From the human T2T-CHM13v2.0 reference genome, Homo sapiens, in the NCBI RefSeq assembly GCF_009914755.1, contig NC_060935.1: DNA of 64,000 nucleotides; one strand, written 5' to 3'. Shown here in pieces: positions 53,047 through 64,000 of this stretch. Each line of letters starts with the position of its first letter. Within the stretch, counting starts at the first letter, position 1. A model generated the notes under the pieces. That model worked only from the letters and a program-made list of their open reading frames with translations, did no database searches and was not told the origin of the DNA. Position numbers and translations under genes: made by a program.

Positions 53047-55542
53047 GTGTTTTTTGTTGATACATAGTATTTGTTCATGTTTATGTGATACATATGATAT
53101 TTTGTTACGTGTATAGAATGTGTAGTGATCAAGTTGGGGGGTTTAGGATAGCCGTCACTTGGGTATTTATCATTTCTGTGTGTTGAGAACATTTCGAGTG
53201 GTATCTTCTAGCCATTTTGAAATGTACAGTACATTGTTGTTAACTATATTTACCATACACTGCTATTGAATATTAGAACTTATTCCTATATCGTATGTCC
53301 TTATTTTTTATTCCTATATCCATTAGCCAACCTTTCTTCATACCCTTCCTCTCCACCCCTTCACAGCCCTCACATCCTTCGGTAATAATCATTCTACTCT
53401 CTACCTCCGTGAGATTTTTGGCTCCCACATATGTGTGAGAACCTGTGATATTTGTCTTTCTGTGCCTGACTTATTTCACTGAACATAATGACCTCCATGT
53501 CAAATGAAAGACATGATTTCATTTGTTTTTATAGCTGAATAATATTCTATCTATTCTATTTTGTGTAGATGCCACATTTTCTTTATCTATTCATCAGTCG
53601 ATGGACAGTTAGGTTGGTTCCACATCTTTGCTATTGTGAACAGTGCTGCGGTAAATGCGGGTGCGCAGCTATCCCTTTGATAAACTGGCTTTTTTTCCTT
53701 TGAATAAATACCCAGTAGTGGGATTGCTGGATCATATGATAGTTCTATTTTTATTTTTCTGATAAATCTTTGTATTGTTTCCATAGTGGTCGTACTAATT
53801 TACATTCCCACCAGCAGTATGTAAGAGTTGCCTTTTCTCTGCTTTCTGCATGATTTTTTGTCTTTTTGATAATAACCATTCTAACCTGGGTAAGATGATA
53901 TCTTGTTGTGGTTTTGATTTGCATTTCTCAGATGATGAGTGATGTTGACCATTTTTTTCATATACCTGTTGATCATTTGGATGTGTTCTTTTGAGAAATG
54001 TCTATTCAGATCATTTACCCGCTTTTTAAGAGAATTACTTGTTTTTTTTTTTTTTTTTTTTTGCTGTTGAGTTAAGTTCCTTGTGTATTCTAGATTATTT
54101 CCTTATTGGATAAATAGTTTGCAAATACTTTCTCCCATTCCACAGGTGTCTCTTCACTCTGTTGATTGTTTCTTTGGTAGTGCAGAAGCTTTTTGGCTTA
54201 ATATGGTCCCATTTGTCTATTTTTGTTTTTGTTGTCTGTGCTTTTGAGATCTTAGCTATATAATTCTTGTCTAGACCACTGTCCTGGAGTGTTTCCCCCA
54301 TGTTTTCTTCTAGTAGTTTTATAGTTTTAGTTCTTACATTTAAGTCTTTAATCCATTTTGAGATGGTTTTTTGATATGATGAGTGATGGGGTCTAGTTTC
54401 ATTCTTCTGCATAGGAATATCCAGTTTTTTTCAGCACCATTTATTGAACAGTGTGGTCTTTCTCCAATGTATGTTTGTGGCAACTTTGTCAAAAATCAGT
54501 TGGCCATAAATGGGTGGATTTATTTCTGAGTTCTGTATAATGCTCCATTGAATTATGTGTCTGATTTTATGCCAATACCATGCTGTTTTTGTTACTATAG
54601 CCTTTTAATATATTTTGAGTCCAGTAGCGTAATGCCTCTGCTTTGCTCTTTTTGCTCAGGATTGCCTTGGCTATTCAATATCTTTTTTAAAGTTCCATAC
54701 AAATTTTAGGATTTTTTTTTCTATTTCTGTGAAAAATGCCATTGGTGTTTTTGCAGGGATTGCATTGAATCTGTAGATTGCTTTGGGTAGTATGGTGGTT
54801 TTAACAGTTTTAATTCATCCAATTCATAGGCATGGGATACTTTTCCATTTGTTTCTGACATCTTTAACTTTTTTTTGTCAGTGTTTTGTAGTTTTCCTTG
54901 TAGACGTCTTTTACCTCTGAAGTAAAATTTATTCTTAGATATTTTATTTTATTTTATTTTATTTTATTTTATTTTATTTTATGCAGCTAATGTAAGTGTG
55001 ATTGTTTTCTTGATTTCATTTTCAGCTAGTGCATTCCTGGTGTATAGAAATGCTACTGATTTTTGTATGTTGATTTTGTATTATGCAACTTTACTGAATT
55101 TTTAAATCAGATCTAATAGGTTTTTTGGTGGCATCTTTAGGTTTTTCTAAATACAAGATCATATCGTTTGCAAAGAGGGACAGTTTGACTTCCTCCATTC
55201 CAATTTAGATGCCTTTTATTTCTTTCTCTTGCTTGATTGCTCTGGCTAGGACTTGCAGCACTATGTTGAATAGGAGTAGTGAAAGTGGGTATCCTAGTCT
55301 TGTTCCAGTTCTGAGAGGAAAGGCTGTCAGCTTTTCTCATTCAGTATGATGTTAGATGTAGGTTTGTCATATATGGTCTTCGCTGTGTTTCTTCTCTGCC
55401 TGTTGTTGAGAGTTTTTTTTTTTCACGCAAGGGTGTTGAATTTTATCAAATGCTTTTTCTGCATTATTGAAATGATCATATGGTTTTTGTTCTTTGTTTT
55501 GTTGATGTGATATATTGCATTTGTTGATATCGTATGTTGAAC
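53047..55542 (-). mobile_element. 5'-truncated L1MA (L1MA3/4-like), ~2.5 kb
   Basis: L1MA-type 3' UTR; ORF2 C-terminal peptides YDPAIPLLGIYSKE, SKWIKDLNVR, KIDKWDHIK; diverged TSD AATTCAATAATTTTT (53032-53046) / AATCAATGATTTTT (from 55543). Confidence 0.9.
54941..54981 (+). repeat. (ATTTT)n microsatellite inside L1
   Basis: About 8 units visible. Confidence 0.92.
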
Positions 55543-57399
55543 AATCAATGATTTTTTAAAGTGAATGTATAGAGTTGTGTAAGCATCACCACAACCCAGC
55601 TTAGGAACATTTCCATCACCCCAGAAAGTTCCCTTGTGGCTACCCACAGTTAACCTCCATTTCTAACCCCAGCCTTAGGCAACCACTGATATGATTTCTG
55701 TATCTATAATCCTTTTCTGGACACTTATATAAATAGAATCATGCAATATGTTGTTTTTTGCATCTGACTTCTTTTCATGTTTTTCATTTTCCTTCTTATT
55801 GTGTAATAATATTCTATTATAAAAGTATAACACATTTTGTTTATTAATTCACTAGTTGCTAGACATTTAAATAGCTTCCAGATCTGAGTTATTATGAATA
55901 ATGCTGCTATGAACATTCACCTACATGTCTTTATGTGAACGTATGTTTTCATTTACATTGTGGAGATCCCTAGGAGTGGAATTGCTAGGTCATATATTAA
56001 GTTTATTTTAACTTTGATAGAAACTGCCAACCTTTTTTCCAAAGTGGTTGTAACATTTTACATTTCCACCAACAATTTATGAGTTTTCTGTTTTCTCTAA
56101 ATCCTTACCAACACTTGTTACTGTCTTTATTTTTTATTATAACCATTCTAGTGGATATACAATGTTATCTTCTAGTGGTTTTAATTTGCATTCTGTTAAT
56201 GATGAATGACTTTGAGAATCTTTTCACATGCTTATTACTACTCATGTATCTTCTTGTGTGAGGTGTCTATTCAAATATTTTGATTATTTCTTAATTGAGT
56301 TGTTTATCTTCTTATGTTGTAAGAATTTTTATATATTCTGGACACAAATCCTTTATTAGCTGTATGATTTGCAAATATATTTTCCCAGTCTCTGAGGGCT
56401 TTTCTTTTCATTTTTTAAATGGTGGGTTTTTTTTGAATCACAAAATTTTAATTTTGATGAAAGTCAGTTTATCACTTTTTTCTTTTACAGATATTTTTTA
56501 CTTTGATATCTAATAATTTTACAATCCAAAGTTATGAAGATTTTTCTTCTACATTTTCTCCTAGAAATATCACAATGTTAGTTCATACATGTCGATCTGC
56601 TGTGTATTTTGGGTTTTGTGTTTGACATGAGGAAAGGGTCTATGCTCATTTTATTCACATGGATGTTCAGTGTTTCTAGATTCATGTGTTAAAAACAGTC
56701 TTTTTCCTCACTGAGTTGTCTTAACACTTTTGACAAAATTCAGTTGACCGTAAATGGGATTCATGACTCTTGATTTGCTCCTGTGAATGGGATTAATTTT
56801 GGAATCTCAATTTTATGTTATTGATCTAAATTTCTAACTTTGCATCAATATCACACATTCTTGATTACTGTAATTTTATAGTAAGTTTGAAATTGGATAG
56901 TGTAAGTCCTACAACTTTGGTTTTCTTTTGTTTTAGTTTTTTCTATATCTTTTGCATATCTATATATAGTTTAGAAACAGACTGTCAATTTGTATCAGCC
57001 TGCTGAGATTTTAATAGGGATTGCATTTAGTTTATAGATCAATTTGGAGAGAATTGCCATCATGATATATTGAGTCTTTAAATCCATGAACATGGAATGC
57101 CTTTTCTTTTATTTAGATCTGTTTTAATTTCACTACACAGTATTATGTAGTTTTCAGTGTAGGCATTTATTGCTGTTTAATTTTTCTCGATGCCATTGTG
57201 AATGGAATTATCTTCATTTCATGTTCGGCTTGTTTATTGTCAGTGTACAGAAATACAATAGACTTTTGTATGCCAATGCTCTTTCCTGAAACCTTGCTAA
57301 ATTGTTTACTAGTTCTAATAGTTTTTTGTGCACTCTTTAGAATTTTCCATATCCAGAGTGTATCACCTGAGAATAAGGACAATTTTATTTCTTTATTCA

Positions 57400-57540
57400 A
57401 TCCTTTTCCTTCTTTGTCCCTCTCTCCCTCTGTCTCTCTGTCTCTCTTTTCCTCCCTCTCTCATTTCCTGTCTCCCTCCCTTCCTTCCTGTCCTTTCTCC
57501 CTCCCTCATTCACTGCCTCCTTCTCTCTTTCTTCCTTTTG
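57400..57540 (+). repeat. CT-rich low-complexity expansion inside L1
   Basis: Directly visible. Confidence 0.85.
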
Positions 57541-59133
57541 TCCCATATTGCATGGGTAGAACCTCTAATACAGTGTTGAAAAGAAGTGTCAAAATTAGAC
57601 ATTCATGCCTCTTTCTTGATCATGGGGGAAAACATTTAGTCTTTCATCATTGTTGTATGATGTTACTTGTGGATTTTTCTAAGGTACCTTTTGTAGGATT
57701 GAACCTAATCCTCTTGGTTGAGAAATTTTTATTGTTCATTTTAAATCATGAATGTGTGCTAAATTTTTAAAAATGTTTTTCTTTGTCTTTTGAGATGATC
57801 ATGTGGCTTTAAAAAATTTATTATATACTATATTTCATTAATTGATTTTTAGATACTAAGTCAAGCTATCATTTTTGCAATAAGTCCCACTTAGCATGGA
57901 TGTATGATCTGCTTTAAATATTGTTGGATTCAGCTTACTAATGTTTTATTAAAGAGTTTTGCATCTATGTTTATGAGATATAGTAATCTGTATTTTTATT
58001 CCTTATGTTTTTGGGCTTTAATATTGGATGACCCTAGACTCATGAAATAAGTTGAGAAATTGTTTGACTTTTTCTATATTTTGGAAGAGTTTGTGAAGTA
58101 TTGACATGTTTTGTTTTTAAATATTTGGTAGAATTCACTTCCGAAGTCACAGAAGCCTGGCTTTTCTTTGCCGAAGATTTTTCATTGCTAATTTAAATGC
58201 TTGATTTAGTTTTATTCAGATTTTCTACTTCTTCTGGAGTCATTTTTGGAAATGTGTGTCTTTCTAGGAATTTTCACATTTCATATAAATTATCTAATTT
58301 GTCGGCATAAGGTTGTTAATAGTATGGTCTTCTAATCTGTTCATAGTCTGAAAACGTAGAGTCTTTACTATTTTTCTTCTCTCTTTTTCCTGGTTAATCC
58401 AACAAAAAATGTGTCAGTTTTATCAAGGAGCTTACTTCTTGTTTTATTGACTTTCCCTAATTTTTTTGTTTTTTTTCATTCTCTTATCATTATTATATCA
58501 CTTGTTCTGTTTGATTTGAATTTAGTTTTCTATTCCAGTTTTTTAGATGTAAGCTTAGGTTATTGGTTGAGATCTTTTGCCTTTTTAACATAGACGTTTA
58601 CAGGTATAATGTCCCTTAAGCACCGATTTAACTGCATTCCATAAATTTTGAATATGTCAAGTTGGTTGATAGTGTTGCTCAAGACTTGTGGTTCTGTTGT
58701 TTCTTGACAGTGGGGTATTGAAATCTCCAACTTTAAATGGTGACTAGTCTATTTTTTCTTTCAATTTTGTCAGGTTTGCTTGCTGTATTTTGAGATTGTG
58801 CTTTTAGGTATGCATACCTATATAAGTATTACATCCTCCTGATATATGAACTCTTTTATCATACTGAAATATCCCAGCTTGTCTTTGAAATAGTTCTAGT
58901 CTTAAAGTTTATTTTTTTCTGGTATTAAAAAAATTTCCTTTCCAATTTACATGCCTTCTTTCTTATGGTTACTGTTTGCATGGTATATATATTCATCCTG
59001 TTACTTTTAACCTCTTTTTAGCTTTGAATCTAACATGTAGAAACCTGAGATTATTAAATATTTTAGATTTTTAGATAGCTTATAAGAAATTGGATCTTAC
59101 TTTTTTTATCCAATCTGACAATCTTTGCCTTTA

Positions 59134-59595
59134 TTTTATTTTATTTTTGTTTCTATTTATTTGGTTTTTTTTTCAGGGGGTACATGTGCAGGTTTGTTAC
59201 AAAGGGATCTTGCCTGACGCTGAGGTTTGGAATATGATTGAATCTCTCACCTGCATAGTGTGTATAGTACCTGACAGGTAGTTATTCAATCCTGTACTCC
59301 TCCCCTCCTTATATTCCCCCATGTCTATTATTCCCATCTTTATGTCCATATTTACCCAGTGTTTAACTCCTGATTATAAGTGAGAATAGGCAATATTTGA
59401 TTTTCTGTTTTTGTGTTAGTTCACTTAGGGCAATGGCTTCCAACTGCATCTATGTTGCTGCAAAGGATATGATTGCCTTCCTTTTTTATGGCTGCGTAGT
59501 ATTCCATGGTTTATATGTACCACATTTTCTTTATCCAATCTACCACTGATGGGCACCTGGGCTGATTCTGTGTCTTTACCATTGTGAATAACACT
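59134..59595 (-). mobile_element. 5'-truncated L1PA (L1PA15/16-like) 3' end
   Basis: GGGGGTACATGTGCAGGTTTGTTAC, GCTGAGGTTTGG, GGCTGCGTAGTATTCCATGG; TSD AATCTTTGCCTTT (59120-59132) / AATATCTGCCTTT (59596-59608). Confidence 0.9.
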
Positions 59596-62500
59596 AATAT
59601 CTGCCTTTTCATTGTGATATTTATATTATTCATATTTACTGGTACTTATTTTTATGACTGGATTTACATTTGACATTTTGCTATTTGATTTCTGTGTGAT
59701 TTCTCTTTTTAAGTTCCTCTATTTCTTTTACATTGTCTTATTTTGTATTAAATAAATATAGATAAATATTATAGTGTACCATTTAATTATTGTATTAATA
59801 TTTTGTCTATTTGAGTTAATGTTTAGTGGTAACTCTAATGAGTATGCTACACATTTTAGCTTATCACAATCTACTTTAGATTGATAGTAACTAAATTCTG
59901 GTAAAATGTGGAAAATGTCTGAATTTATCCCTCATATTTGAAAAAAAAGGTTTTTCTGAAAACTAAATTTCCGGTTAATAGTATTTTATTTTCCTTTTGG
60001 TACTTGAATATATGTTATCCCATTGCCTTGGCCTTCATTATTTCAGATGTGAGGTCACAGCCATCTTAAACTTCTCAGTGTTCCCCTATAATTTTTTTGG
60101 ATGGCTATCAATTAATTTTTCTTATATGGTTGTTTTATTTTTTTCTTTGGTTCCAAAAGTTGGATGATTATATGTCAAGGTGTGGCTCTTTTTGTAGTTA
60201 TCCTACCTTGGATTTGTAGAGTTTTTTAGATATCTAGATTAGTGTTTTTAATCAAATTTGGGAAGTTTTCACTATTATTCATTGAGTGTATTTTTTGCTT
60301 CCTCTTTGCTCTCCTTATGGGATTCCCATTATTATATATGCTGGCACTCTGAGGCTTTGTTTATTTTTCTTCTGTCTTTTTTCCCCTCTTTTTCCAACTG
60401 GGTAATTTATATGGATTTATTTCTACATTCATGGATTCTTTCTTCTGTCATCTCAAATCTGCTGTTGGGTCCTCCAGTGAGATTTTAATTTTCTCATTGT
60501 ACTTTTTGTTTCCATAATTTGCATTTGGTTCTCTTTATACTTTTGTTTCCTTTGTTAGACTCTCTACATATGGATTTTTTTGTTGTCATATATTCCTTTA
60601 ATTTCAAAAACATGGTTTTCTTTAGTTTTTAAAACATATTTATAAGAATGGCTTGAAATTTCAGCTGGTAAATTCAACATCTGGGGACAATCAGAGAGTT
60701 TCTATTGCCTACTTTGTTTTGTATGGGTCACAGTTTCCTCTTTCCTTGCATATCTCATACTTTTTTTAAGTGCACGTTTTAGAAAATATATTTTAGCAAA
60801 TATTCCTAGCCTCACTTTTCCCGCAAAGGTTGTATTTTGCTGTTTTTTTCTGTTTATGTCTTTCCTTGTTTAGCAAACTGGCTAATCTGTGGACTCTGTC
60901 TTCTTTGCTATGCATGAACAGTCACTAACGTCTTAGGGATTTTTTGATGTTTTTAAATTTTCTTTAATTTTATATCCTGTTTTAATTTTCAAGTCTCTCT
61001 TCCCATAGGTTGCCCCCCAGGACTGAGTTGACATCCAAGGCTTAAACAGAAGTTGTGCTCAACCATCTTGAGCCAGTTAGTCCCCTTCTGATAGATTTGT
61101 GTATGGGTAGTGAAGCACCTTCAAAGTGCGGACCATTTCCAATGTCTCCTGATATTTGCTTCCTACTGAGTCCTGTCATGTCCTTTCTGCTCAGGTTTCC
61201 AGCTTCAGTGTCAACTAAGAATATAGGCCTGACTTGAGCCCTCTCCAGGCTATGGTGTGTTTGCATGCAGATTTGTACTTGCCTAGCCCTGAGCAGAACC
61301 TGGGGTAGTCATTGGCCCTCCCCTCTAGCCTTTGAGAGAATGACTTCTACCAACAGTGCCACTGGCTGTGGTGTCACTCACCATTCAAAGTAAGTGAGCC
61401 TCTGAACCAGGGCAGAGATGCCACTGGTCCTCAGGTATTACCCTACCCTGGAGGAACCTCCATGACTGAGCTGGGGCTGGAGTCAGAATACCACAGAGCC
61501 CCACAGTTCTTAACCGAAGTTCAGAAGTTTCACAAGAACATATGCTTCTCAGATTGTTAAGATTTCGTTCAATTACCACTCCACTGGAATGGTTGATTTT
61601 GTCAATTTTGCTCGACTTTATGCTCTGTTTTCTTGGACAGAATATTTGACAGTCTTCTTTCTTTGCCATAACAGAAGTCACTGGTCTTTATTTAGCACTG
61701 TTCTCAGACATTTATATTTGTAGCTTTGGGTGATGTTTCTTCAGAGTCCGCATGATATTCGTTATCACAGCTCTCTAAATTTGTAAGTACACTCTTAGTC
61801 CCACGTGGCCCTGCAAAGGACACTACCCACTCTTTGCGAGTTCCCTTGTGCTCAACTAAGAGCCCTCTAACACTTAGGTCCCTAGATCCTACCTCTGACT
61901 GTGAAGTAAATTACAAGTTCATGTTTGTTGAATATAATAATGTCAAAAGACAGTCCCTAATCCATGCTTCTCTTGAATTCCCTGGTTAAACTCAGGGGAA
62001 ACATTCCACAGACAGCTTTATCCCTGAAGTTGTCATGTGGACTAGATACCTGTAACTGCATGGAATCAAGTACAGCAGGAGGAATCTAAGAAAATGTGCA
62101 CTGTGGTCCTTTAAGATTTGAAAGATGCAATTCAAAGGCTGTTAAGACCTTCAGCTGGTGATAATTGGATTTGTAAGTCAGTGCAACATGTGATAAAAAT
62201 GCTCCTGCTGGATGGGATCCCGGTTTTCTTCTATCCTTCCTATTAATGTGATAAATGTTACTGTCTCAGCTGATAGGGCCACGTTGGCTAATCAGATTGG
62301 AATCAAGTTTGAGTTCCTCAGGCTGGCTCCATGTGAAGCTCATGGGAAGATGTTAAAAAAATACTATAGAGAATACAAGGAGGACCTGGGTTTGCAGAGG
62401 GGAAAATTTTACTTTGATTAGGAGGCTTTGCAGCGTGGGGAAGACACATTTACCATAGACCCTAGTCACGTGCTGCCGCCTGGGCATGTTATATCTCATG

Positions 62501-62672
62501 GGGGACTGTGGGACATTATCTCCATTGTTACTGGGCACATGCCATCGTGGAGCCTGGGGAGAAAACAACAGCAGCTCTCCATGTGGGTTTTGGGGCAGAG
62601 AGGAGCCAAAATAATGTTGGAAAATTAAACCTCTCTTAATTAAAGCTGATGGCAAACAAACACAAGTAATAA

Positions 62673-63426
<754 letters not shown>

Positions 63427-63615
63427 TTTTTTTTTTAATGTAATAAACTTCCCACAGAGAGGGAAGGAGGATAGGGTATGTTTGTTTTGTGTTTTTAAAA
63501 TTGTTTGCTCTCTGCATTTCCCCAAAGACATCCAGGCTGTGCCTTTACCGTCAGCTTGTTTCTTTGGTCAGTGTCTGCCACTGTGTTCCTGACCTACAGA
63601 CTTGAAAGGCTTGTG

Positions 63616-63920
63616 CAGTTGTCCTGGCCTTCAGTATCTGAGGGGCACTGGTTCCAGGATTTCCCTCCAATATTAAAATCTGCAGATGCTCAAACCCCTT
63701 ACCTAAAATCGGAAATTATTTGTAGAAAATCTATGCATATCCTTCTGTATACTTTTAGTCAACTATAGATTACTTATAATGGCTAATACAATGCAAATGC
63801 TATATAAATTTTTACTGTATTGTTTTGGATTTTTTTGTTGGTTTTGTTTTTGAATAGTTTCGATCCCCAGTTGGTTGAATCTATGCATTTGGAACCCGTG
63901 GATAAGGAGGGCCAGTCATA
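63616..63920. mobile_element. MER2 (TcMar-Tigger) DNA transposon derivative
   Basis: CAGTTGTCC...CAGTATCTGAGGGG..TGGTTCCAGGA, AAAATCTGCAGATGCTCAA, GTTGGTTGAATC, GGAACCCGTGGATA.GGAGGGCC. Confidence 0.9.
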
Positions 63921-64000
63921 TAGGGCAAATGTGGGACTGGCTTCTCTCTAAAGAGAGGGATAAAGTACACCTCAGATGCGCAGATACAGTCTGGCTGCAG

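Larger units (their letters stand above)
52975..61680 (-). mobile_element. Old L1 (L1MB7/8-like 3' UTR, ORF2 and 5' region), near full span with deletions, host to younger L1 insertions
   Basis: 3' end CATAAAATTTATCCACTTTAAGTGTACAATTCA at ~53005 continues at 55543 (GTTGTGTAAGCATCACCACA...AACATTTCCATCACCCCAGAAAGTTCCC); ORF2-like peptides EIKLSLFSGD and QKSIVFLYTDN; L1M-type 5' terminus ...GCCATAACAGAAGTC at ~61680. May be a mosaic of more than one old L1. Confidence 0.75.

Noticed and set aside
53587-57400. ORFs similar to L1 ORF2p
   Set aside because: Short frameshifted fragments of dead L1 copies; no intact ORF2
57198-57770. 190-aa + strand ORF
   Set aside because: Antisense L1 plus a CT-rich low-complexity tract that lacks stops

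Overview
Primate (most likely human or ape) non-coding genomic DNA, either intergenic or deep intronic. No credible protein-coding exon, RNA gene, CpG island or prokaryotic system is visible. The ORF track is explained by Alu, L1 and ERV remnants and by chance ORFs. Roughly half of the window is recognisable interspersed repeat: 10 Alu copies (J, S, Y), many MIR and L2 fragments, a nested ~8.7 kb L1 block (52975-61680), MaLR LTRs including an LTR-internal-LTR MLT1 provirus (~22980-25129), an ERV1-type solo LTR, and Tigger/MER DNA-transposon fossils. At the left edge is an internally deleted ERVL-class provirus (LTR40-like 5' LTR, decayed tRNA-Ser PBS, readable but dead integrase). Signals not explained by repeat annotation: (i) a dense, ordered cluster of posterior HOX/CDX motifs arranged as two similar inverted dyads with MEIS and PBX/CCAAT sites at 37439-37652 (candidate developmental enhancer); (ii) a 99-bp, ~87% identical gap-free copy of part of the ERV interior 7 kb away; (iii) an Alu tail converted into an all-triplet 18-bp higher-order repeat that keeps long ORFs open on both strands; (iv) several + strand splice-site pairs plus an antisense bias of L1/LTR elements, hinting at a + strand non-coding host transcript. 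Repeat subfamily names come from recalled consensus sequences and need RepeatMasker/Dfam confirmation. Boundaries of old elements are approximate.
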